Below, one piece after another: positions 48,613 to 60,330 of a stretch of DNA of 64,000 nt. Under the pieces are notes generated by a model. That model was not told where the DNA came from and ran no database searches. It was given only the letters and a program-made list of their open reading frames with translations. Location of the stretch: positions 61,380,001-61,444,000 of the forward strand of contig NC_067399.1 of the NCBI RefSeq assembly GCF_016432865.1, read 5' to 3'. Numbering within the stretch: position 1 is the first letter of the stretch; each line of letters opens with the position of its first letter. The position numbers were made by a program, and so were the translations under genes. The DNA is from Antechinus flavipes (taxonomy: Eukaryota).

Positions 48613-51600
48613 ATGGGCATGGATATGGAGGAGCAGCAGGAATCTGGAGCCCCGCAAGGTAATGGGCCGACCCCTCTGGGTTGGGGCTGGGTGGTCTCAG
48701 AGAAATTCCGAACATCTTGGACTCTGCCTTGGTGGGGACTAGAGAGAGTGCCATTGGGTTATTTTCCCAGGGATAGGCAATCAGCCACTTCCACCTAATC
48801 GAGGTAGCAAAGTACAGTAGAGGAACATGGGGTCTGGAACTGGAGAGCCGAGGTTTCTGTAGGCCATACTACTTGCTATGTGTTCTTGGACAAGTAACTT
48901 ACGTGACCTCTCAGGAACTCAGTTATCATCTTTGATCTAAATGACCTTTTAGCCCTAAATATACTTTGACGTCTCCCTCTGTGGTCCATAACAAGATGGC
49001 ATTTACACATTTATAAAGTCCTACTAATCCAGAGTGGTTCTAGGAGTCAGGCTGACCAGTCTGGGGCCTAGCTTCTGGGATCCCAGCTTCAGTGACTTCC
49101 TGTCGGGAACAAGGGAGTGGGAAACGGCTGTGGCTGAATCCCCTTCCTGCTTCCCCACCCCCATCCACCCAAGCAGACTCGGAGTGGCCAGAACTAGAGA
49201 AGGCAGAAAGGTTGGCCAGAGGGGCAGCTCTGAAGTGGGCCTCAGGCATCTTCTACAGCCCTAAGCAGCTGACCAGGCTGGACCGATACCGAAGCCGGGA
49301 AGCCCAGAGAATGTGCTCCATCGAGTCCCGAATCAAGGTGGGGCCAGGGAGAGGTATGAGGCGGGCCCCTAAAAGTCATAGTTCATCTCTGGGCCATCTT
49401 TCCCATTCTGCCCATATCAAGATCATGCTCTGAGGGACCTTTTCTATCCTCTCCACTGCGGGTGAGACCTGCCACTGACCTCCCCAAGCTCTCTCCCCAC
49501 AGTCTACTGTGCAGTCATACTTGGAAAGTGTGCAGACAGGCCTTGAACAGCTGGGCCTGGCCCTGAAGAAGGTCCAGGAGGCTCGGGAAGCCCTGGCTGA
49601 GGCCCAGGGGGCCCTCAGGAGCCAGGCTGAGGCTGCCCACAACCTACAGCCTCTCCGGGAGCTGGCCGACCAGCATGGACAGCTGCAGGCCGTGACACTT
49701 CTACTGCCCCAGCTCTTGGCCGGTGAGTAGGCTCATTCTGCCCAGGCTCATTGGATTAAGTAGAAGGGACTCCCCTGGGAGCTCACCCGCGTCAATTTTT
49801 CTAGGCTCCTTCGGGACTACTTCCCCATCTCCTACTTCTTCCTTCTTTCCACAGTACCCGAGGCAGTGGCCAGAACCCAGGCCCTGATCAAGGGCAATCG
49901 ATTTCTGGAGGCCTACAAGGTGCTACGGGAGCTGGAGCAGTTGCGGGATGAGGTGTTAGAGCCCACGGGGGGGCCAGAGCTGGCCCTCTTTGAGGGCTTG
50001 GCTCCTCTGGGGGAGGAGCTGGGCCTTGCTGTGGGGAAGGTGGTAGGCTCCGCTCGGCAGCTGGCACGAGATGACCCTGCCCTGCTGGTCGCTGCAGTGC
50101 GAGTGGCAGAGTTTGAGGAGGAGAGGGATGCTCAGCTGCAGTCACCATCCCCCGGGCGGCCCAGAGCCTGGCGCCAGCGCTGCCTGGGGGCCCTTCAGAG
50201 GGCCCTGGAGGAAGCCTATTTTGAGGCACCAGCTCCGGCCCCTTCAGGCCTGGCAGGACACCTGGCAGCTCTTCGAGAAGCTCTGCCTGCTGAACTGGCC
50301 CTGGCTGAGGCCCTTGTAGCCCCCTGCTGCCCTGGAGAATATGGGGTCGTAAAGCTGTGGGCCCATACCTTGCACATGGGCCTCTGCCAGCACCTGCAGC
50401 GGCTTCTGGACTCTGAGGACCTGGGCACCCAGGACATCTTCACTTTGTTGCACTGGGCCCTGCATATCTACCCAGGGTCAGTGCCAGGCTGAGGGTGGAG
50501 AGGAGGACATTGGAGGTGGGCAGGACAAATGCAAGGAGGCTGAGCTGAGAATGGAGGGAACCCTAGTTTTTCACAGCTATAAATCCTATGCTTACCCTCA
50601 GGCCTGATATGATGGGTCATCCTGACCTCAGTCCTGAGGCTGACATCTCTGAGCTAGAACCTTTGCTGTCCCCGGAGGCTGTGGACCTGCTGGAGAGAAC
50701 ATACACAGAAAAACTCAAGGTGAGGATGCGAAGAAATAGGGGTTCAGGCAAGAAAGACACATACAGGTCCCATCCCATAGGGCCCATTCTTCTTTAACTT
50801 CAGCCAGGACTGGCTGTCTACATAGTTCTTTGGTCTTCTGTGAGAGCTGGTGAAATGTTTTAGAAAAATGCCATCCCTGTCTTTTTGGAAAAGATGCACA
50901 GATAATTCAGCTAGATTAGGCAATGAGAGGAAACTCATTTTTTCTCTAAAATGAGAGGGTTGGTCTAGATGATTTTCCAGGTCTGGATGCTGGCCATGAT
51001 CCCCTAACAAGCTCCCAGTATCTGACTATGAGGAAGGACCATCTAGGTCAGAGATGTCAACCACATACCCTGGGTAGTGTGCACACTCCCCAGACACTCC
51101 CAAGTGTGTTGAGAATCACATGAAAATGTCATGGGGAAATATTTTCACAAAATAAAATCTAGTTTTAGTTTGTGGTTTTCTAAGTCAAAATGCTGCCACA
51201 GGCATACCTGTATATGGTTTTAGTGGTCCCCATTTCTATTGCACACCATTGACAAGTGCAGTTTCTCCCTGAAGAGAAATCCTGCAGATCTCATGGCTAG
51301 GCGGTCAGCTTGCCTCTGCTTTGAAGACCTCCAGTGAGGGGGAACCCCTCCAGGACAGCCCATTCCACTTCTGGGGATATTGCTTCTTCAGAGAGGGGGT
51401 GGATATGTGTGTGGGGGGGGGAGGGGGTAGGTGTATATGTATATCCTGAATCTTCTTTATTGCACTGTTCCTTCCAGTGTCTTTTGTTTTTGTTTTCTGG
51501 AGGGTGGAGTGGGAAGGAGGAGGCAATCAGGTTAAGTGTCTAGCCCAGGGTCACACAGCTAATAAGTGACTTGAAGGATGGATTTGAACTGAAGTTCAAA

Positions 51601-54600
51601 TCTGGACTCTGGACTCCAGACTAGTACTCTATCCATTGAGCCCCCTAACTATCCCATAGGTTTTTTCTCTGTTCAATTGTTTCCTCCCACCTATCCCTAC
51701 CCCAGTTAAGCATAGCAGAGTGGCTGCAGAAGGCCCTAGATGGAGAGGTGGCTGAATGGTTCCGAGAACAGGAACCTGATATTGACCCTGAAGGTTTCTA
51801 TCATTCTTCCCTGCCTGCGGTTGTTCTGCAGGTGAGTGGGTGGCTGTCAAAGGTAGGGGAGGAATATTGGGGGAAAGGGGCAAAGAGCATTGCTTAAGGT
51901 AGGGGAAAATGACATGCATTTGTGCTGGGAGGTTCTGGCCAACAGTGTGCCCTGGTCCTTTCCCCTAGATCCTAGATGAAAATATCCGCGTGACAGCTGT
52001 GATCAGCGCTTCTTTGCAGGATAGAATATACAGCATGGCCCTGAGGGAGCTGGGCACCTTCCTGAGGAGGTTTGTGCTACTCCTATTCCAAAGTGACATA
52101 TAAAATGTGTATGATCACCAGAGAATCCACTGTAGGCACTTTTATGATGGGAAAATGTGAGGGTACTCTGAGGCAAAAAGGCAGCTGGACTTCAAGGGGA
52201 AAAGGTAGTATGCCCTAAGAGGGAGAGTGCTGCCTCTGGACTCACCTTTGAAACTTACTATGTGACCTCAGGAAGGTCATTTAAATCTCCCTGGACCTCA
52301 GTTTCCTCTTTTGTAAAATGGGAAGATAGAGTAGACTAGATGGCCTTTGAGGTCTTTTCTATAATGACAAGCAGGCCCCTGTTCTTGCTTAGAGTCCCGG
52401 GTCCCCTAGTGGATAGTGAGGGGAAGGAGGGCTCAGCCTATTTAAGGTGATGAGTCTCTTGCAGGGGCACTGGTGCTAGCAGCTGGTCTTTTCAGGTCCT
52501 GGTTCCCCTGTGCCTTGTCCTCCTTTCCTAACCTCATTCCCCCCCCAAGTTTGGATAGGTGGGGGAGTGGATGCCAAGGTGCTGGTCCTGCTCACCCATT
52601 TTTCTTGGCCATAGCCTCATTGAAGCACTGGAACGTTTCTCCCAAGAGCACCTGAAGGATGCGTCTAGACCCCATCACTACGTGCCATACCTGCTGGCCT
52701 GTATCAATCACTATGCTGCCCTAAGGTACTCATTGCATAGAGAGATGAAGGGAATTTGGGAAAACAGACTATCAGAGAGGGTGAGAAGGCCATGGTACTG
52801 GGGACAAGAGAACTCGGGCATCTTGAATTTGTAAATTTTCTGTATAAATGGTGACTGAAGCTAATTCAATTAAATTCAGCACATGTAGTTTATGTTATGT
52901 ACCTATGATATGCTAGACTCTGGGCTTTCAAGACAAAAAAGGTCTCTGCCCTCAGGGAACTTTCATTTTACTGGGGGTAATATACTCTATAAGGCAATTC
53001 ACTATAAAATCTCTTCAAGAAGTCTTCAGTTTTAAAGGTATCCCTGCTCTGGTGGCAAAACACTGGATTTTGGAGGGGCGGTGGATTCAAATTCCATTCA
53101 GCAACTGACTAGCTGGGTGATCTTGGAAAAATCATGTCCTAGGATGTCCTAAGACCTGTGTCCTCAACTTTGAATTCCATAGTCCTTTTGGGCTGAGAGA
53201 GGCTCTGTTTATTAGTTGGAAAGGATTTGAGTTCATTCCATTCATCAAACATTAAGCACCCTTTGTCACTGCTCTAGGTGATAGGGATATCGAAGAAAAA
53301 TATTACTATATGGTCTCTGTCTTCTAGGAACATACGTTCCAGTAAAAGGATCAAAATGTACACAGAAAAGTAAATTCAAAATATAAACAAAGTGATTGGG
53401 AAAGAGCATTCAAGCTCTAGTTTGTGAAAACTGAGACTATAAATTGTGAACTGACTTGCTCACACACACAGAGGCCATACATAATTAATGACAATCAGAA
53501 TTTAAATTCTGTGCTCTTTCCACTGCCTCAGGCTAAATAAGAATGAATGATCCTACATGTATACTCAGCCTTCTTTACACCTTCCTTGTCTCTGCCCTCT
53601 CCCACCACACAGTTCTTCAGTCTCCGCCTTGCAGCCCACTGGGGTGTCCACTGCTACTGGGGTCTCAGCCACCATTGATACAGCCCTTGGAGATTTCAAG
53701 AGGAAGATATGCAAACTAATCTTGGATGCCTTGCTAGAGGAGCTACAGGTCTGGATTGGGGCCATATCTTACTCATCCCTGCTTCCACCCCACTAGCGTC
53801 AAAGTAGAGATACAGAACTGGGGGAAAGAGGCAGAAGAGATCTAACTTTGGCTCCTCTGCTCTCAGCCCATGTTCGTTGCCCTGCCTTCTCGTCAGTGGC
53901 TATCCAGCCAGGTGATGTTGGACAATGTGTGTGAGCAGATAGCCAACTTCTGTTCAGGATTCTCCAGAGTGCGCAGTCCCATGGCTCAGGTGCGATTTAT
54001 TAGCTGCTTGATCTTCAGCAAATGATTTAACCCATCTGAACCTCACTTTTCCCATTTGTAAAATGAGGATCAGATTCACTCTAAGGTTCCTTTCAGCTCT
54101 TAATACTATCACCGATTTCATGCCATCTCAAACCCAGACCCTCCGGTTCCTTTCAGTTCATTTTTTTCACCATATCAGCACGTGGTGTGTGTGTATGTGT
54201 GAGTGTCTTTGTGTGAGAGACAGCTGTTCCTCAATCCGTGACTATCCACCCCTTTCTCTGGGGCTCAAAGATGCTGCTGGCTGAGAGTGAGCGCGTGGTC
54301 GTGCTGGAGTATCTTCGGGGCTTGATGCAAGGAAAGCTCGTGTGCCGGAACTCGACGGAGAGGATCCGGGCTTCGGAGCGAATGTTGCAGGACTCAGCCC
54401 AGCTCAGGGAGCTCTTCCTTAGCTTGGTGAGAGACGAGAGTACCTTGCAGTGGGTTCCTTGGGCCACAAGGTCGGAGATGAGTGGTGCCCCATGCTCCGT
54501 CCTTGGGTCTCGGCTTCCCGGCCGATTCCCGGCCCCCCACAACAGACTGTGTCGGCCTCTTGTTCCAGGAGCTGGAGGAGAGTGCGCAGACTGGGGCAGT

Positions 54601-54989
54601 TTTGGCTGCCCTGCAGGAGCTGTTCCGCCTCCAGGACCCAGCGCTGCTCAGCCTCGAAGTATCCAGCTTCTTACACAAATTCCCCGACGTGAGGTACTAG
54701 GAGGTTGGCTGGACCGATCCTCGGAAGGGGAGGGGAGGCCTATCTTCTTGGACAAGGAGAAGGTAGACCCAGCCCTATCTCCCTATCTATCCCCAGCGAG
54801 GAACATATCGGGGCGCTCCTGGACGTGCGCGGGGACGTATCCCGGGAGCAGCGTCAGGTCGTCTTGGAGACTATGCAGGCCAACCCTCCCCCGTCGCCAC
54901 CGCCCGACGGCCACCGCCCGCTCTTCAGTCTAGTGCCAGTGCCCTCGCCTCCGTTGGCCTTCTGCTTTTCCGCAGGGACCTGTTCCTGA
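48613..54989 (+). CDS. EXOC3L1: Exocyst complex component 3-like 1, 13 coding exons, 745 aa
   Basis: Exons (+): 48613-48658, 49177-49337, 49503-49722, 49855-50476, 50602-50719, 51706-51831, 51969-52069, 52615-52725, 53613-53748, 53867-53989, 54271-54426, 54569-54693, 54797-54989; GT-AG, 2238 nt. EWPELEKAERLARGAALKWASGIFY, DPALLVAAVRVAE and HYVPYLLA match recalled human EXOC3L1. Confidence 0.95.
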
Positions 54990-55015
54990 GCGGGCGGCAG
55001 CGACGGAACCCCCTC

Positions 55016-55021
55016 AATAAA
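55016..55021 (+). terminator. EXOC3L1: EXOC3L1 poly(A) signal
   Basis: AATAAA 26 nt after the stop codon. Confidence 0.75.
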
Positions 55022-55029
55022 TGCCCAGA

Positions 55030-55700
55030 GCCGCGGCTCCCGAGTCTGTGCGTGGGAGGAAGCGGGATTGCTCTCCTAGCATCCTCCTTGCTCAGCCTAG
55101 GCCGACTGTAGCAAACCCAGCGGGAAGGAAGGGATTGGGGAAGGGACAAGAGTCCAGGATGCGGATGGGACGCCAGGGGTGGGGCTATCCCTTATCTAGC
55201 GAGGAGAGATGCCACGAACCTCGGTTTGAGGGCGGGATCACATTGCCCAAGGGGCGGGGGGGCGGGACTGTGTGGGGACGGGGCCGATGGATTCGCCGCT
55301 TGTATCCTGCACTGTGCAGCGAGCGGCAGGTAGGCGACTTAAACGAATCAGAAGGGCTCGTTGAAACTCCGCCCCTTGGTAGGCGGGGCCTAGGGCTCAG
55401 GGCCCCGGGCCAGAGCTATAGCATGCTGGCTCCTCTTCTTTACTCCCTCCTGTCTCCCCGTCCTTGCCCCCAAAGAATAGTCCCCGAGGAAACCCCTGCT
55501 TCTCGCGCAGCCGCAAACACTGACGCGAGCACGTCGCGTGCGTGCATGCGTCCCGGCGTCGGGCTCCGAGCAGCCGGCTTTCGGCTGCAGTGCGGACACG
55601 GTGCTGTGGAGCCGGACGGAACCTAGCGGAGTAGACAGGTGGGGCGGGGCTGGGGGGGCGGGTTCGGGGCAGGTCGGGCTGACGCCTAAAGCAGGCTCCC
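55030..55700 (+). promoter_or_regulatory. CpG-island promoter and probable non-coding first exon of the next gene (MATCAP1/KIAA0895L by synteny)
   Basis: CpG-rich, NRF1-like GCGTGCATGCG near 55540, donor-like CAG|GTGGGG at 55638/55639. No MATCAP1 coding exon recognised in the window, so the name is synteny only. Confidence 0.5.
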
Positions 55701-57911
55701 TGACATCCATACCCTCCCGTCTTTTTTCATGCTAGACATGAAACCTTCCCACCCTTTACTATTTGTTAGCGGGGCCGTCCTGTTCCCTGGGGGACTTAAG
55801 AGGCTCGCTCTTTGTGAGCTGAGGGACCACCCATTGGCTCGTGACCACGCCCCTGTGTGGATCCTCCCCCTCTCAGATTCTAAGTTTCTTATTGGTCCTC
55901 GGTCATTCTCCTTCCTGCCCTTCCCCGCCCCTCCCCCAGCTCCCATTGGTCAGGACCGCGCCTCCTCTTTCGTCACCAAGCCCAGTTTTCCTTTTGAGGT
56001 TCCCTCCCCACCCCTTTAACTTACTGCCTTGGGGGAACGTGGACGATGATGGATCCGCTGGGACTGGGCTTCGTGAGGGACACTGGAAAACCGGGCAGGA
56101 CCCTTCCCGCAGAGCGCTTCCAGTCCAGGGAGGACCTGGCACAGTTTTGGGAACCATTCGATTTTGATGATCCTGAAAGAGAACAGTTAAATGAAGGAAT
56201 TTTGAAGGAGGTGGGGTTGGAGGCCGGCCTCTTGACTAGTGGAAAGAGCCCTAGTGATGAAGTTTGGGGGCGCATTTGACGCCCGGTCTTCTCTTTACCA
56301 GCCTTGGGGTTTGGGACGAGTCTCTGACCCACGGCTTCCATTCTGTAAAAATGAAGAACTTGGGCTAGACCTTTCCCAAGGGCCTTTCCAGTTTTAAAGC
56401 CATAGGCTTATGATACGTACATAGATAAATGGGTGCGAAGGCAAGAGCCATTCCAAAATGTTTATATATACATATATATATAATTGATATACATGTACAT
56501 ATATGGCTCCGCTTTTTAGCCAGATCATATACATTCCTTGAAAGACCTTATTTTCACACAACCATTTATCTCCAATACCACATCAAAAGACACTTGGAAA
56601 TATAGTAATGTACTTAATAAAATATACTTACTAGCTGTGTGTAACTCTAAGTCACTTAATTGCTATTTGACTTAGTTTCCTCTTTTGTAAAATGGGGAAA
56701 ATAACAGTACCTATCTCCTATGACTGTTGTGAAGATCAAATGAGAGAAATTATAAAGTGCTTATCATGGTGTCTGGCTCAAGCTAGCCGATGTTATACAA
56801 TGGACAATGTTGGTTCCAAATTATTGAAGTTAAAAAACATAGCCTTATTAGCAAAAGGGAAACCATAAAAATAGGAAATAACACATAGTCAAAATTTCTA
56901 TGATTCTGTTGAACACTTTTGTATAACTTTTTTTAAAAAAAAGTTTTAAAATTAATTTTAAACTTAAATACAAAATAAGAAGAGAAAAAAATTGCCATGT
57001 ACACAGCAGAAGATGAGAGGATTCAGTATAAAGCAATACATTTCTGCTTCAAGAAAACCTATATAATAAATACTTCACATTGTTTTCTAAGCTGTCCAGG
57101 TTTTCTTTGCTTCCTTGTAGGTTTTCTTTTGTTCTCTGCTGCATACTTTTAAATTTTTTTCTCTTCTCTCCCTCAATCCCCCAAAGAAGGCTACAATTAG
57201 GCTTGAATATATATATACATATACACATATACAGAGAGAATTATATAGAAAATATAAAGATAGACTTGTAAATGTATAAAGATCCATACATACACAAACA
57301 AGTACATATATGTTTGTACATATGTGTGTATACATGCATATATGTATCCAATATACATTCATACATATGTATATAAGACCATAATAGTGCTTAATTCCAC
57401 TTGACTAGTTCTCTGGAGATAGACAATATCTTTTCTCATAAATCCCAAGTTTTTCCACATTTTTCTAAATCAACCAACTCCTCATTTCCTAGGTTAAAGC
57501 AATATTCCAATCCTTTCATATTCTGAGAGAATTATAAAAATTTTCCCCCACTTTTCTTCATTCCTTCTATTCTTGGACATATAGGTTTTACTTAGGTAAA
57601 GTTTAATTGGAAATAATCAAAATTATCCATTTTACATTTCAACAATATTTTCATCTTATACTGTGATTTGAGGACTGATAATATAGAATCTGCTTCCTTT
57701 ATATTTTTCTCCTAGTTTCTTCTAAATGAATTTTGTTATTTTTTCTAACCTAATAAGGTAATTTTTTAGTTTAATTGGGATGGCATTAGTTAAATGGAGT
57801 AGTTAGGTAAAATTGTCATTTTTTTATTATGTGTATAACTTTTAAGATGGAAAAACATTGTGAAGGTGAGCTGGAGAGCTTTTTTGTTGGAAAAGCACTG
57901 ATTGCCAAGAT

Positions 57912-57914
<3 letters not shown>

Positions 57915-57948
<34 letters not shown>
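57915..57948. repeat. (GT)17 microsatellite
   Basis: Uninterrupted GT run. Confidence 0.95.
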
Positions 57949-57951
<3 letters not shown>

Positions 57952-58965
57952 TACACCAATGAGATCTCAGTCTCTGTCTCTATCTCTTGATCAATCTATG
58001 TTTCTCACTAATTTTGGAGTTATAGGATCAGGGTTTGAAGCCTTGTGGACCCTTGGTCAGATTTCATTCCTAGTCTATAAAACGGGAGATTTGGATTAGT
58101 GATTTTTTTAGGCCCCTATATCAGTGGGCTGGTCCAGCTCTAAAGCTTATGATTCTAAAAATGAGTGCAGAGCTGAAGTGTTGAATTGGGACTCTTCTGT
58201 TTAAATAGTAAAAGAGCAGTAGTTCAGAGGTAGGGGAGTGGATGAGTTCTGTGTAGGAAGACACATGGAGAACATTTTGGGAAGAAGAAAAAGAAAGGGA
58301 GATTTTTCTTCCCTATTTTTCATTGGGAAATGGCAACAAGATAACACCAATAAAACATTTGTTTCTTCAAAGATCCAGTGAAATAAACAGAGAGAGAGCC
58401 AGAAAAGATAATGGAATGGAAACCAAGAAAGTGCAGTGTCAGAAAAACTGACAGAGAGAAGATGCATTTAGTACAAGATGTCCTGTGGTAAGATTCTGGG
58501 GATGCCACCTGAGCCTCTGACTCCTGGAACTGGTTAAAACACATCCTTCTGCTCTTCCAACTCTAGCCCTATTTCCTCATTTGATGAAATTTTGGCTTCT
58601 TCAAGCTCTTGAGAGGAGCTAAACTATTGGGTTCTGGATTGGTGGCCTCTCATTCCCAGCAGCGGCCAATTTTCCTGAGTCAGCAAGATAGGAGCCAGAA
58701 TTCTGTCATAAAACCTTTTTGTTCATAGAACTACTGTTAGGAAGCTGTGTTTCTTGATATCTAAATCCAAACTGGGTATCAGTAAGAATGAGGAGTGACA
58801 TGGTTTAGGGAATCCCACTTTAACAATTCCATTCAATTCAAAAAACATTTGTTACCATTACTGTGTACTATACAAGAACTAGGTGCTATAGAAAGTATAG
58901 ATCACAGAATTTTGGTCTGGATGGGCCCTTAAGGATCACCTACTCCATCTTGCTCATTTTGCAAA

Positions 58966-59222
58966 GGACAGAACTGAACCTCAGAGAGGCAGAAAGGAAA
59001 GGAAGTTGCTAGGTGAACCTTGGTTTTAAAATCAGCTTAATGCCAGTTTTTTTTTAGTTTCCAATCTCAGCTGCACTATTGGGCCTTCATAGGACAGAAC
59101 TGAACTTCAAAGAGTCAGGAAGGAAAAGAAGTTTCCAGGTGAACCATGACTTTCAAATCAGCTTTATGCCAGTTTTTTTGGTCTCCAGTCTCAGCTGGAC
59201 GATATATTGGGCTTTCATAAGG
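58966..59222. repeat. Diverged 126-bp tandem duplication
   Basis: GGACAGAACTGAAC...AGGTGAACC...AAATCAGCTT.ATGCCAGTTTTTTT...ATTGGGC.TTCATA units at 58966 and 59092. Confidence 0.85.
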
Positions 59223-59684
59223 CCTCTAGAAAGTGGCTTGTCCATATTCCTTTTCTTGGGCAAGTCAGACACTCTGCGCCTGGGTCACAGACCTTTTTGG
59301 TTAGGAGAGGTTGCTTGCAGATTTCTTCAGTCACTGAGGACTTTTTATATAGACAAGGGAGTAAATACTCCTTTGCTAATTCTTAGCAATAGCAGAAAGT
59401 TATCCCATCCTTTATTTTCTGTTATTTGCTGTTCCCTGGGGATCTCATTCTCAACCTTCTTCCATGATGATTTCTAGCCTTCTTAATAATGCCCCTTCCT
59501 CCAACCTTAAAAGGTTGATGAAATTCCTTCTTTTAACTTGTCCCTAGCTTCAAGAATGCCTGTAGGGTCATGGATATTTGGAGTCAACAGGCCTTGGAAG
59601 ATGATAACAATTAGCATTTATATAGTGCTTACTGACCCTCCCCAATTTTCTTTAGTTTTTTTTTTTGGACTAGGTGAAAGAGAT

Positions 59685-59830
59685 TTTTTTCCCCTGAGGC
59701 CTTTGGGGTTAAATGACTTGCCCAGCCAGGCACACAGCCAGGAAGTGTTAAGTGTCTGAGACCAGATTTAAACTCAGGTCTCCCTGACTTCAGGACTGGT
59801 GCTCTAGTCACTTCGCCACTGTGCTGCCCC
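59685..59830 (-). mobile_element. WSINE1-type SINE
   Basis: tgaggctttggggttaaatgacttgccc...aactcaggtctccctgacttcaggactggtgctc...gctgcccc. Confidence 0.75.
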
Positions 59831-60159
59831 AGAAAGAGGAGATTTTTTTGGCTCCATTGCTACTTAGCCTTAATCACTGAATGGATGTGACCTCAGTCAA
59901 ACTGAGACCTGTTGAAGACTTTAGCTTAAAAAGGCCGAAGTCTCCCATTCCGTCCAAGGCCATCTCCAGTCATCCTGATCTATGTCTTGTCACTGGACAT
60001 AGATGGCCCTGGCATTACCTCCCCAATCTCATGGTCCTCTTCCAGAACAAACAACAATAACCACTGTGTTCCAGGCATTGTGTTAAGTACTTTACAATTT
60101 ATATCTCATTGGATTCTTACAAAAAGAACAACAATCACCACCACCACCTTGGAAAATAA

Positions 60160-60330
60160 GTGCTGTCATTAGCCCCGGTTTACAATTGGGGAAACTGAGG
60201 TAGTCAGAGATTGAGTGATTTGCCCAGAGTCACACAGCTGGTAAGTGTCTGAGGCTGGCTTTGAACTCAGATCCTTCTGCTTCAAGGCCCAACCCTCTAT
60301 CCACTGCACCACCAGCTGGTGCATCCCATC
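60160..60330 (-). mobile_element. MIR/MAR1-family SINE
   Basis: ggaaactgaggtagtcagagattgagtgatttgcccagagtcacacagctggtaagtgtctgaggctggctttgaactcag. Confidence 0.7.

Noticed and set aside
56046-56279. 77-aa ORF MMDPLGLGF... as a possible MATCAP1 first coding exon
   Set aside because: No similarity to the recalled MATCAP1 N-terminus (MVLDSG...) or any protein I recognise.
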